From positions 1-51,310 of IMG/VR virus record IMGVR_UViG_3300032116_000296: a stretch of 51,310 nt of DNA. One strand, written 5' to 3'. Below are positions 29,948-38,490 of the stretch, piece by piece; positions within the stretch are counted from its first letter, which is position 1; each line of letters starts with the position of its first letter. The notes under the pieces were generated by a model. The model made no database searches and was not told where the DNA came from. It worked only from the letters and a program-made list of their open reading frames with translations. Position numbers and translations under genes: made by a program. The DNA comes from a virus (taxonomy: Duplodnaviria > Caudoviricetes).

Positions 29948-30573
29948 ACAGCCTTCCCATAATAATCAAAAACCTTATCACCAAACACTTCTTTTGCAGC
30001 AGTCTTGATAGGATTATGATGCCAGTCATCAATGAGTATATATCCACCTTCTCTCAATAATTCTGAATAACGAAAGAAGTCGATCTTTACATATTCATAA
30101 TCATGCGCAGCATCGATATAGATTAAATCTGCCTGAACATTCCAGTGCTTAAGAGCAAGAGCACCATTACCAGAGTCAACGGGAAATGGTGTTATAACAT
30201 CTTTGTAGCCTTTATGAACCACGTTTGAAAGAAATTGTTCATAAATTGTGGGGCGTCCATTTTTCTTAGATCCATTTCCTGGCTGAAATGTACACATCGT
30301 TGTATAATGTTCAAATGAACCCAAGAAAGTATCAACACAAACAATCTCAAGTTCATCTCGAGAAATTCCTAAACTCAAGGCTGCTTCAGTCATGGTAAAT
30401 GCAGAGCCACCTTTCCAAGTACCAACTTCTATGATTGTCTTTGCGTTGGTTGCTTCTATTGCATTACTAAATGATTCGCCATCAGAATTCCATCCCTGTG
30501 CGTCTAAGGGAAGAACATCTAGACCTTCATATGGGTCTGCGGTATGAATATGATTACTGATATTTTTAGCCAT
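29935..30573 (-). CDS. Class I SAM-dependent methyltransferase (Methyltransf_24-like)
   Basis: IIEVGTWKGGS, CVDTFLGS, DLIYIDAAHDY, GGYILIDDW. Confidence 0.85.
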   Translation of the reverse strand: MAKNISNHIHTADPYEGLDVLPLDAQGWNSDGESFSNAIEATNAKTIIEVGTWKGGSAFTMTEAALSLGISRDELEIVCVDTFLGSFEHYTTMCTFQPGNGSKKNGRPTIYEQFLSNVVHKGYKDVITPFPVDSGNGALALKHWNVQADLIYIDAAHDYEYVKIDFFRYSELLREGGYILIDDWHHNPIKTAAKEVFGDKVFDYYGKAVWIK

Positions 30574-31318
30574 TATTTTTCCAAGGAAGTTTTCCGTTAT
30601 GAATTTTTAACATTGCTTCATTTCCACGGAGAAAGAACTCTCCTTGAACTGATAGCCCCGTATTGCCGACTCTATATTTAACAGAGTAATCGCGAGTACA
30701 ATCATACTTTAGATTGTTTTGTTTTGCCATTAGAACGGAGGCAATAGCGCGATCAATTTCCATCTGACCTGGTTCTCGGAATTTGCGATACCAAACAGGT
30801 GACATACCAACTGCCACTTCTTTCTTCACAAAGTAACAGTTAACATCAACAAAGAAATCATTCGGGCTGAGGATTGAATGCCAAAGACCAAGACTCTCAC
30901 AATCATCTAAACAAATGATGTTACTATCTTTATCTATAATCTTTCTTAGCGAAAACGCCCAACTTAGATTCTTTTCTTGAACTAATTTTACGAGATTCTC
31001 AACATGATCTGGTTCAATTGCATTATCATCATCTAACCAGATATGATAATCACCATCTGCGAAATAAGTAGCAGCACCATAGACACGATGACCGTTATAA
31101 CGATTAGTGCCTGTAGGATATGGTAAGACGCAAACATGTTCATTCACTCCATTCGGAAACTCAGCAGCAGTTAAAATTTCTTCTGCTCTTTCCCATCTCT
31201 CACGACCATCAACAACTACGATATGTTCGATGTTCTTATATGTTTGCGCCCTTACCGATGTGATACACTCAGCAAGATATGGATTTCCAGTTGTTGGTGT
31301 TATAATAGAAACTTTCAC
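30566..31318 (-). CDS. Family 2 glycosyltransferase
   Basis: VSIITPT, CITSVRAQTY, HIVVVDG, WLDDDN. Confidence 0.85.
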   Translation of the reverse strand: MKVSIITPTTGNPYLAECITSVRAQTYKNIEHIVVVDGRERWERAEEILTAAEFPNGVNEHVCVLPYPTGTNRYNGHRVYGAATYFADGDYHIWLDDDNAIEPDHVENLVKLVQEKNLSWAFSLRKIIDKDSNIICLDDCESLGLWHSILSPNDFFVDVNCYFVKKEVAVGMSPVWYRKFREPGQMEIDRAIASVLMAKQNNLKYDCTRDYSVKYRVGNTGLSVQGEFFLRGNEAMLKIHNGKLPWKNNG

Positions 31319-32100
31319 TTGAACACCACTCTGCTACCAGGCAGTTGTTCATTAATTCTCTGCTCCACTTTCTTGAACAAATTGATATCATTAAACGCAA
31401 ATATAAAGTTTCTTCGAAGCAATACTTGCTTATATCCACATTCTTTTATAATTTCAATCATTGCCTCTTTTCGTTCTTTATACCACTCATCACTCCAACA
31501 CTCAATCATCAGTGGCGGAGTCTGATTGTTTTCAATGATGGTTTTAGCACCCCTCAGAACTTCAAGTTCCATACCAGAAACTGTGACCTTAATCAGCCCA
31601 ACATTACCAAAACGATAGTCATCGAGCGTTCTCAATTCATATACATCAACTTCGTTTGGAATTGGAATGTTTCTGTTTGTATAACTATCAATCAAAAAAG
31701 AAAATGCGCCATGATTAACAGCAGCCAGATCGAATATAGCATGATCAACAACTTCATTTTTATCAGCAACACCGATTCTGTGACAGCGAACATTATCTAA
31801 TCTATTCAATAAAACATTTGTATTCAATTGTTCATTAATTGCAGGAACAGGCTCAAATGCTTCGAAGATATGCTGCTGTAGATACTTAATTGCAAGAGGG
31901 ATTGTAAATGAACCTAGACCAGAACCAACATCGATGACACGCTTGCCGCTGCTTTCGCTCAATATGATATCAGCAACTTCTAGGTTATAGATATTCCAAT
32001 ATTGGCTTCTTCGAATTTCATCAGAGATTATCTCTGGTTGCGCAAACAAAGCATATTGCGTTCCGTTTCTGGTTGTATAAATTTTTACTTCTGGTTGCAT
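31315..32100 (-). CDS. FkbM-family methyltransferase
   Basis: VIDVGSGLGSF, AFEPVP, RTLDDY, LIKVTVSGMELEVLRGA (degenerate KIDVEG). Confidence 0.8.
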   Translation of the reverse strand: MQPEVKIYTTRNGTQYALFAQPEIISDEIRRSQYWNIYNLEVADIILSESSGKRVIDVGSGLGSFTIPLAIKYLQQHIFEAFEPVPAINEQLNTNVLLNRLDNVRCHRIGVADKNEVVDHAIFDLAAVNHGAFSFLIDSYTNRNIPIPNEVDVYELRTLDDYRFGNVGLIKVTVSGMELEVLRGAKTIIENNQTPPLMIECWSDEWYKERKEAMIEIIKECGYKQVLLRRNFIFAFNDINLFKKVEQRINEQLPGSRVVFK

Positions 32101-32103
32101 AAA

Positions 32104-32592
32104 TTAATCCCATAGGTTTTCGTAATATTTGCCAAACAAGCGGAAGGCATTCTTCTTGCGAGCATGATATGCTTTCATCTTTTCCATATCATAAATGGGT
32201 TCGACAAGAGTCACTCTTTCGCTCCAGTCTTCACCTTCTTTCTGTACCCATTTGTATTTACCTTTCTTGATACAGAAGTTTGGGTCGCGATCTCGGGCAA
32301 GTTCACCGAATGCCCAGATCATTTCTTTCATGATCCAATCCCAACGTTTGAAATGAAACTCATCGGTATCCCATTCATTCTTCTTTGGTTTGGCATTGAT
32401 AGAACGAAGATGCTCAGGAACATCGTCATCGTCAGTACAGGGTGCACCGTGATTAGTCTTGTGTAACTGCTTGAGCATCGGATGAACGATGAGTGCAAGT
32501 GTACGATCCATAGACCAAGTGTCCCATGGATCGATACGAACAGAAACTTTCTGTTCACCTTTCTTCGGATATTTACCGATTGAAATCTTCAT
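32104..32592 (-). CDS. Conserved phage hypothetical protein
   Basis: RIDPWDTWSMD.TLA.I..PML.QL and RLFGKYYENLWD. Confidence 0.7.
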   Translation of the reverse strand: MKISIGKYPKKGEQKVSVRIDPWDTWSMDRTLALIVHPMLKQLHKTNHGAPCTDDDDVPEHLRSINAKPKKNEWDTDEFHFKRWDWIMKEMIWAFGELARDRDPNFCIKKGKYKWVQKEGEDWSERVTLVEPIYDMEKMKAYHARKKNAFRLFGKYYENLWD

Positions 32593-32702
32593 TTTGTTTT
32601 CTCATGAAGCCAAGCAAAAGCCTCACAGAGGAACTTCACCAGAAATATGATTCCGATGAAGAGAACCCCTGTGAGCAATAAACCAAGAATCAAATCACGC
32701 AT
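32589..32702 (-). CDS. 37-aa single-TM microprotein
   Basis: Read by hand: MRDLILGLLLTGVLFIGIIFLVKFLCEAFAWLHEKTK. Its stop overlaps the next ATG (ATGA). Confidence 0.5.
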   Translation of the reverse strand: MRDLILGLLLTGVLFIGIIFLVKFLCEAFAWLHEKTK

Positions 32703-32790
32703 TTCGATTCTTACGACGTGCTTTGCGTTTCTTTGAGCCTAATTTGCAACGACCCTTGCCGTGTCCTTTCAAACCTACTTTTGCTGGCAT
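32695..32790 (-). CDS. 31-aa highly basic microprotein
   Basis: Read by hand: MPAKVGLKGHGKGRCKLGSKKRKARRKNRNA. SD GGAGG lies upstream. Confidence 0.55.
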   Translation of the reverse strand: MPAKVGLKGHGKGRCKLGSKKRKARRKNRNA

Positions 32791-32793
32791 GAC

Positions 32794-33225
32794 TTATACC
32801 TCCCCATCTACTTTCTTGGCAAGATTGTGCCAAGCAGCCATCTCATATCCTTCCTCACTCAATCCTGGAGTGCTATCGCGAAGGCGAATAATCTCAGCAG
32901 TAATTTCCTCATCACTAAAATTATACTTACTTGACTTCTCAGAGTCAAATGAGACTACTTTACCTTCATCTTCCTCTGTACGATCATCCCAGCCATCAGT
33001 TGTCCACTCACTTTCCCAATCATCTTTAGGATTGACCACACTCAATTCTGCGCTATCATCAAAATAATAGCCAGCAGCGCGCAAGAAGTTTTGAAACTCA
33101 TTTAAAATTTCTGGAATGGTCAGATTATCATCGTTCAATTCCATGACAATAGACTTCGTAGAATTTTTGTCATAGAAAGCACCATTAGAGAGCGCACCTT
33201 GAAATTCAAATTTCATCTTAGACAT
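32794..33225 (-). CDS. Hypothetical acidic protein
   Basis: 143 aa, with EILNEFQNFLRAAGY motif. Confidence 0.6.
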   Translation of the reverse strand: MSKMKFEFQGALSNGAFYDKNSTKSIVMELNDDNLTIPEILNEFQNFLRAAGYYFDDSAELSVVNPKDDWESEWTTDGWDDRTEEDEGKVVSFDSEKSSKYNFSDEEITAEIIRLRDSTPGLSEEGYEMAAWHNLAKKVDGEV

Positions 33226-33228
33226 AAG

Positions 33229-33399
33229 TTATTCCTCTTCATCAGATGGGCGAGTTGGTTGTTTCGGCACAACAACTTTCCCGCAACGGTCACAAGTTTT
33301 ATTCACCAAAATATCAAATGGATAAAAACTGCAGCGACTTGGTCGCCACAGCCCTACCCATTTATGTAGTCCAACAAGACAGAGAACTTTGCCGATCAT
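33229..33399 (-). CDS. 56-aa Cys/His microprotein (putative Zn ribbon)
   Basis: Read by hand: MIGKVLCLVGLHKW...TCDRCGK...EEE. ATGA overlap with the upstream gene. Confidence 0.55.
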   Translation of the reverse strand: MIGKVLCLVGLHKWVGLWRPSRCSFYPFDILVNKTCDRCGKVVVPKQPTRPSDEEE

Positions 33400-33716
33400 C
33401 CTCGTCTCATTCTAGAAATATCCTTCATCTGTTCCTCATCAATCACAGGCACAGCATTTGACTTATGCATCGTCGCAATACCCTTCACAAGGGTGCCAGT
33501 ATACTTCATGCTTTCTCGCTTTTCAGTATATGCAAGATTGGTATCGAGCGACTGAATAGAACGCGCAACATCAGCGCCAACACGAGCACCATATGACAAA
33601 GTCGGCAATTTCTCAACACCAAGAATTGCAGACGATCTGCTATATTTCTTGGCAATTACACCTTTGACCTTGCGCTTCTTTTTGGGTTTGAAACGCGCAG
33701 CACAATAAATCATCAT
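33396..33716 (-). CDS. Conserved phage hypothetical protein
   Basis: YTGTLVKGIATMHKSNAVPV...DISRMRR. Confidence 0.7.
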   Translation of the reverse strand: MMIYCAARFKPKKKRKVKGVIAKKYSRSSAILGVEKLPTLSYGARVGADVARSIQSLDTNLAYTEKRESMKYTGTLVKGIATMHKSNAVPVIDEEQMKDISRMRRG

Positions 33717-33904
33717 AGAGGATAAGTTTCCACGTGTTCGTTATAGAAGCGACTAACTTCGTTTATCTTTGTGCGCATCTCATGAGGCACAGGCATATCA
33801 TGAATTGAACTTAAAGCAATCATTTCATTCACAAACCTGCGCAACACACGCAACTCTTCCATTGTGCCTCTCGGCATCACTTCAAAATCACCCTCAGACA
33901 TCAC
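33713..33904 (-). CDS. Hypothetical protein
   Basis: 63-aa ORF coupled to its neighbours. Confidence 0.5.
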   Translation of the reverse strand: MMSEGDFEVMPRGTMEELRVLRRFVNEMIALSSIHDMPVPHEMRTKINEVSRFYNEHVETYPL

Positions 33905-34059
33905 GGACCTCCAGCACGCAGCGACTTAACTGCATCTTCACAAATCTTAATTGCTTCTCGAATATGCTCTTGCGCTCGACGCAATTGATACCAAGCATAA
34001 ACGAAACAGACTGAACTCAAAATCAATAGAACAAAAGTAATTAATGCAACAATTTCCAT
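33901..34059 (-). CDS. 52-aa single-TM microprotein
   Basis: Read by hand: MEIVALITFVLLILSSVCFVYAWYQLRR... It fills the gap exactly. Confidence 0.45.
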   Translation of the reverse strand: MEIVALITFVLLILSSVCFVYAWYQLRRAQEHIREAIKICEDAVKSLRAGGP

Positions 34060-34283
34060 TAGACTTTCTCCGCAAACGTACCAACAACTGCTGATGCAAT
34101 TTTAGCGCGAATCATGGTCGGAATATCCGTATATGGATCTTCAAGAAAATAAGAACATCCATCTTTCCAATTATTATACTTCACAAACCGAGCAAAATCA
34201 AGCATGTGGCTCTTATTGCGCGGATCAAACGGAACTCTTGGCTTTGGTGCCAGAACAGAACGACGATATTCATTTGTCATCAT
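34059..34283 (-). CDS. Hypothetical protein
   Basis: 74 aa, FDPRNKSH...W..GC..FLEDPY.DIP.MI. Confidence 0.6.
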   Translation of the reverse strand: MMTNEYRRSVLAPKPRVPFDPRNKSHMLDFARFVKYNNWKDGCSYFLEDPYTDIPTMIRAKIASAVVGTFAEKV

Positions 34284-34379
34284 AATAGTAACGATCCTTC
34301 TTTCGAGTTGGGATACAGATGAGTATACCTAAAGCAATGCCACAAAACAACCCAGCCATGTAAGCAATATATGGATCAC

Positions 34380-34601
34380 TCATTTGATTGCCCAATTCCA
34401 ATCTTCTTCAGTCAAACGATCTTGGTCTGGCTCAGTTGCAAGAACATCAATCACATCCCAACCAAGTTCAATCAAACGATCTTGAACAAGATCTGGTCGG
34501 GCACCACGCAATTCTTCTTCAGTGAAGACCACAACAGCGCAACCCATTGCTTCAAGTTGTCGGCTCAACTCAACAATCTTTGACATATCTGTATCAGCCA
34601 T
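34380..34601 (-). CDS. Hypothetical protein
   Basis: 73-aa ORF, GCAVVVFTEEEL. Confidence 0.55.
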   Translation of the reverse strand: MADTDMSKIVELSRQLEAMGCAVVVFTEEELRGARPDLVQDRLIELGWDVIDVLATEPDQDRLTEEDWNWAIK

Positions 34602-34831
34602 TAGTAATGCTCCGAGTTATAATCAATTTCATTTGGATCAAACTGCAGTTCATCATAACTGACAATTTCTTCATCAGTGTCAGCATCATCATCGCGGCGA
34701 TCATATGCTGCGAGAATCTCATGAACCTGCGTCAGAGAAATTCCCAGCGAAGTGGCAATCTCAGTTTCCTTCATGCCATCGCTGTGAAACATATCAATGA
34801 CATCAATCTCAACATCTTTGAAAAATCCCAT
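34601..34831 (-). CDS. Small protein with possible HTH
   Basis: GMKETEIATSLGISLTQVHEIL helix-turn-helix-like segment and an acidic tail. Confidence 0.55.
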   Translation of the reverse strand: MGFFKDVEIDVIDMFHSDGMKETEIATSLGISLTQVHEILAAYDRRDDDADTDEEIVSYDELQFDPNEIDYNSEHY

Positions 34832-35055
34832 TAGAATGGTACTCCTTCAGGTAACGGAATTTTGTTCAACTCAGTTTGATACTTGCGGTCGCCAACAACC
34901 AAAAGAAGATTGCGAGCACGCTCAAGTTTCTCAGCAAGATCATAACAATCTTTCGCACTCAGATCATACTGCGTCATTGTATTCGCAAGAAGATGATCAG
35001 CAGCATCCACTAAATCAATCGCTTCACTCAACAATGTTTCAGTTTGCTTTTTCAT
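34831..35055 (-). CDS. Hypothetical protein
   Basis: Start trimmed to MKKQTETL, next to the upstream stop. Confidence 0.5.
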   Translation of the reverse strand: MKKQTETLLSEAIDLVDAADHLLANTMTQYDLSAKDCYDLAEKLERARNLLLVVGDRKYQTELNKIPLPEGVPF

Positions 35056-35056
35056 A

Positions 35057-35266
35057 TCAACCCCAATCTTTGAAAGAACCAGACGCTTCGTTGTCATCAA
35101 AACCAAGATTGTACTCAGCAATCTGCTGCTTGGTCATGAAACGCTCTTCAATCTCATCACTGGCATATGTTGCCTCTGTGAAGAAGTGCGGGCGACGAGG
35201 ACGACGGTAGTAACTATCAGCAGAACCACGGTCATACGGACCACCATGACGACGATCAATATTCAT
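35057..35266 (-). CDS. Conserved phage early hypothetical protein
   Basis: RHGGPYDRGSADSYY.R...PH...Y..GF..NE..G.FKDWG. Confidence 0.65.
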   Translation of the reverse strand: MNIDRRHGGPYDRGSADSYYRRPRRPHFFTEATYASDEIEERFMTKQQIAEYNLGFDDNEASGSFKDWG

Positions 35267-35493
35267 TAGATGTTCTCCACTCGACGTTCATAGTCAGCCA
35301 TCGTCAAAGCAACCCAGACGCTATCGCGAACGGCAGTGTCAGTTGCCTCACGAAACCCATCAATCTCTGAGATTTTCTCGAGCATCGAATAGACACGATC
35401 CCATTGCATGCCCGAGACTTTCGCAGCCTGCACGACACCGTTAACAAGAGCATTGCCCTCAGCGGTGAACATTTCGTAATCTGGAGTTTTCAT
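35266..35493 (-). CDS. Hypothetical protein
   Basis: YEMFTAEGNALV...F.EATDTAVR. Confidence 0.6.
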   Translation of the reverse strand: MKTPDYEMFTAEGNALVNGVVQAAKVSGMQWDRVYSMLEKISEIDGFREATDTAVRDSVWVALTMADYERRVENI

Positions 35494-35744
35494 TAGGCAA
35501 CCACCTGCACGCGAGGGAACATCAGATCATCAGCAAAGTGATGACCAGGAAGCGGAGCGACAAAAGTGTCAGATTTGAATCTTTTATCAACCTGACCAAG
35601 CCACACACGCTTAATAGTTTTGGCACGGAACGTACCATCAGAAAGCACAGCGGTCACAAGACCAACCATGTAGCAATCATCATGACCAACGAAGTCAAGA
35701 CTCTTGACCACGTCACCTACTTTAATTTCGATTTCATATTTCAT
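35493..35744 (-). CDS. Hypothetical early protein (SH3-like start), apparently leaderless
   Basis: IKVGDVVKSLDF...CYMVG.V. The ATG lies 6 nt downstream of a TATAAT. Confidence 0.6.
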   Translation of the reverse strand: MKYEIEIKVGDVVKSLDFVGHDDCYMVGLVTAVLSDGTFRAKTIKRVWLGQVDKRFKSDTFVAPLPGHHFADDLMFPRVQVVA

Positions 35745-35750
35745 AAGACT

Positions 35751-35812
35751 ATTATAGCATTTTCCATTGAAAATAGCAATAGTAAAAAGTCGAATAAAAT
35801 CAATAACTTACA
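35751..35812 (-). promoter_or_regulatory. Early promoter with upstream 18-bp box (copy 1)
   Basis: TGTAAGTTATTGATTTTA (35795-35812), 15 bp, TTGCTA, 17 bp, TATAAT. Confidence 0.7.
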
Positions 35813-35982
35813 AGCACGTCTCTAAAGGCTTCTTTCGCCTCTTCGAAGGACGTGTTTTCAAGGGGGATTTTGTTGCCTGTCGAGCGACATTCAATTTCGT
35901 AACAATAATTCCCTGTGTGCCAGAGCACGTGATATGCACCGAACTTGTCTTTCTGACCGTCTATAAAGTGATAATGTCTCAT
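35800..35982 (-). CDS. Hypothetical early protein, apparently leaderless
   Basis: 60 aa. The ATG lies 6 nt after a -10 box. Confidence 0.55.
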   Translation of the reverse strand: MRHYHFIDGQKDKFGAYHVLWHTGNYCYEIECRSTGNKIPLENTSFEEAKEAFRDVLVSY

Positions 35983-35988
35983 ACAACA

Positions 35989-36050
35989 ATTATCGTATAG
36001 AACACAGGAATTTACAACAGAAGAAATTCTTGTAAAATCAACAACTTACA
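35989..36050 (-). promoter_or_regulatory. Early promoter with upstream 18-bp box (copy 2)
   Basis: TGTAAGTTGTTGATTTTA (36033-36050), 15 bp, TTGTAA, 17 bp, GATAAT. Confidence 0.65.
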
Positions 36051-36051
36051 T

Positions 36052-36085
36052 GCTCTTGTCTCGCCGAGGAGAAAGGCGAGAGAGC
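36052..36085 (-). terminator. GC-rich hairpin after dCMP deaminase (terminator or processing site)
   Basis: gctc..tctcgcc / ggcgagagagc inverted repeat, without a clear U-tract. Confidence 0.4.
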
Positions 36086-36089
36086 GGTC

Positions 36090-36581
36090 CTAAAATGAGG
36101 GTTCCCCGAGTTCTGGGGGAAGGTCGAAATAGCGTACTCGGACTCCTGCTTCACGGAGCATCTGTTCGGCGTGTTCTATTGAGTAGTGCTTACCAGCACC
36201 AACGCCAGCAAATGGGCGATTCGGTCCGATGACTTCCTTGATTCCTGCTTGAATCAATGCGCGTGTGCAATCAGCGCATGGCTTTGGTTCCCAGTTTAGG
36301 TATGCGCGTGAGTTGTTGAGTGATACACCAACGCGAGCAGCATTGAAGATTGCGTTGCGTTCAGCGTGTTCAACCCAGTGATACTTTTCTGGACGCTTCC
36401 AACGATCTTTCCAATCTTCTTCAATGCCGCGAGGGAATCCATTAAAACCCGTCGACAAAATGACATTGTCATCATTGACGATCACGCAGCCGACTTTTGT
36501 CGACGGGTCCTTGCTTTTCTGAGCGATCAGAGAAGCCTGTAAGATAAACAATTCATCCCACGAGAGTTCATCACGAATCAT
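36090..36581 (-). CDS. cd: dCMP deaminase
   Basis: SKDPSTKVGCVIV, GFNGFPRG, HAERNAI, PCADC. Confidence 0.92.
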   Translation of the reverse strand: MIRDELSWDELFILQASLIAQKSKDPSTKVGCVIVNDDNVILSTGFNGFPRGIEEDWKDRWKRPEKYHWVEHAERNAIFNAARVGVSLNNSRAYLNWEPKPCADCTRALIQAGIKEVIGPNRPFAGVGAGKHYSIEHAEQMLREAGVRVRYFDLPPELGEPSF

Positions 36582-36598
36582 AATATAGTTCTCAATGT

Positions 36599-37033
36599 TT
36601 ACTTAATGGTAATCTTACGAGGTTTCTGTTCTTCAGGAATGACATTTTCCAATTCAATGGAAAGAATGCCATCAGCAAGGTTAGCATCGCGAACCACTAC
36701 TGTATCAGACAATACAAATTGACGAGCAAACTTACGACCAGCGATACCCTTTACAAGATATTCGCGAGTGTCTTCGTCTGTCTTTTTGCCTGTAACTTTG
36801 AGTGAGTTTTTTTCAGCAGTGATTTCAATCTCATCTTGTTTGTAGCCAGCAACTGCCAATTCCACGACAAAATTGTATTCGTCTTTCTTGACGACATTCA
36901 CAGGTGGGAAGGCATTAGATGTTGCTGTCACGAGATGAGCCGCATTGTCGAGAGCGGCGAACGCATTTTCAAACCCAAGAGCGGTTGGAAGAAGGCGATC
37001 GAATGATGATGCAAGTGCAGTGATATTAGTCAT
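36599..37033 (-). CDS. hsp20: Small heat shock protein (Hsp20/IbpA family)
   Basis: FPPVNVVK, ELAVAGY, KGIAGRKFARQF, ANLADGILSI, IPEEQKPRKI. Confidence 0.93.
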   Translation of the reverse strand: MTNITALASSFDRLLPTALGFENAFAALDNAAHLVTATSNAFPPVNVVKKDEYNFVVELAVAGYKQDEIEITAEKNSLKVTGKKTDEDTREYLVKGIAGRKFARQFVLSDTVVVRDANLADGILSIELENVIPEEQKPRKITIK

Positions 37034-37094
37034 TGTATTACTCCTTTTTAAGCAAGTTTATAGTTATGGACCCCTTATGGGCATCCAATTCTAT

Positions 37095-37709
37095 TTAGCC
37101 AAAATTTGTTGGTCCGTCTACTGTCCATTCCTCCATGGGAGGAGTTTCAGCAGAAACTCCAGTTGAGCCAAATCCGCCAGCACGCTCAGAGTGTTTTGTT
37201 GGACATGTGTTACACACTGCAATATGAAATGGTTCGTTACAAACAACTTCACCTTGAGCGATACGATCGCCTCTTCGAATTGTTGCATGCATCTTTGATG
37301 CATTTGTTAAGAGCACAAATACTTCCTCTTGATAATCAACATCAACAATACCTTCACAGTTCGCTAGGATCAATCCTTTCTTAAGCGAAAGACCAGAGCG
37401 AGGATGCAAACGAATGCTATGATTTTGTAGCGGTAGTTCTGCACGTGAGATGTCAGCGTATGTTTCGATTGTCTTGCGATGATCAATCTTAAAGATCAAG
37501 CCTGTCGGAATTAACAAGCGATCTCCAGGATAAATGGAGATTTCTCCAAATGAGTTTACTTCGCGTTCTATGGGTGAGTTGAATGAATCATATCCAGTAA
37601 CAACATTACTTGTTGGTTGGAATGATAAGTCAAAACAGTTTGCTAAAGTGGTTCCGTATGTTGGTAATAATAAATCATCACGAAGTCTATACACACTCAA
37701 ATAGATCAT
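37095..37709 (-). CDS. dut: Trimeric dUTPase
   Basis: FDL, IPTG, PRSGLS, GIVDVDY, GDRIAQ, RAGGFGSTG. Confidence 0.92.
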   Translation of the reverse strand: MIYLSVYRLRDDLLLPTYGTTLANCFDLSFQPTSNVVTGYDSFNSPIEREVNSFGEISIYPGDRLLIPTGLIFKIDHRKTIETYADISRAELPLQNHSIRLHPRSGLSLKKGLILANCEGIVDVDYQEEVFVLLTNASKMHATIRRGDRIAQGEVVCNEPFHIAVCNTCPTKHSERAGGFGSTGVSAETPPMEEWTVDGPTNFG

Positions 37710-38113
37710 ACAGTATCCTTCTTTTTCTTACCGATTGTATACTTAGAAACCAATTGCCACTGATTCTTATCTTTGAACGGAAGAATCTTAATTTGTGATA
37801 GTGGCGCAACATTGTCTTTTGTTTTTTCTGGACTCACGAGTTTGACGAGCCCCCATTCAGCCATTAGATTCGCGATTGTATTGCGTCTCTGAATGTCATT
37901 GTCTGACATATTGCTTGGCTTTCCGTCCAACTCAAATAGTTCCTTAAAGTGGACAATGTAATACTTTCCCTGTTTGTGGAGAATATGGCAAGACTGATAA
38001 AGAATGTTATCATTCTTTGCAGCGACTCCGATGCGTGTAAGAGTTTCGCGAACCTTGAGGAAGTCGTCTTGCTTTTCTAATGTGACTTCTACTAATTTTT
38101 CGACCATGATCAA
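37706..38113 (-). CDS. regA: Translational repressor RegA
   Basis: DDFLKVRETLTRIG, LYQSCHILHKQGKYYIVHFKELF, RRNTIA. Confidence 0.95.
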   Translation of the reverse strand: MIMVEKLVEVTLEKQDDFLKVRETLTRIGVAAKNDNILYQSCHILHKQGKYYIVHFKELFELDGKPSNMSDNDIQRRNTIANLMAEWGLVKLVSPEKTKDNVAPLSQIKILPFKDKNQWQLVSKYTIGKKKKDTV

Positions 38114-38490
38114 TCACCCTTATATAACTGTTTTTTCATTTCGGTGATTTGGTCGTCGGAGAGGATCTTTAATGCTTCCTCGGCTTTCGCGTCGGAGTAT
38201 CCATAGTATTCCTTAACAACACTCAAATCACTACTTGAAGCCTTTTTATGCCACTTTGAATATGGACGCTTTTGGGCTCTTATAATATTTAGGAGAAAGT
38301 CATATTTGAGTTTGTTATCAAGAGTCGTAAATCGATTCATTTCGTTCGCCCAGAGAACTGTGTCTCTATGATACGAAAGTGCACGATTAACCATAAATGA
38401 TGAGTATGACTTTTCATCCTGTTCTGTTAGGAGAGCATACTCTTTCGTCTGTAGAATAGACGGAATAATTTCTTTGAAGAGATCAGCCAT
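38110..38490 (-). CDS. gp62: Clamp loader small subunit (gp62)
   Basis: FMVNRALS, ANEMN, VKEYYGYS..KA.EALKILS. Position between gene 44 and regA. Confidence 0.92.
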   Translation of the reverse strand: MADLFKEIIPSILQTKEYALLTEQDEKSYSSFMVNRALSYHRDTVLWANEMNRFTTLDNKLKYDFLLNIIRAQKRPYSKWHKKASSSDLSVVKEYYGYSDAKAEEALKILSDDQITEMKKQLYKGD

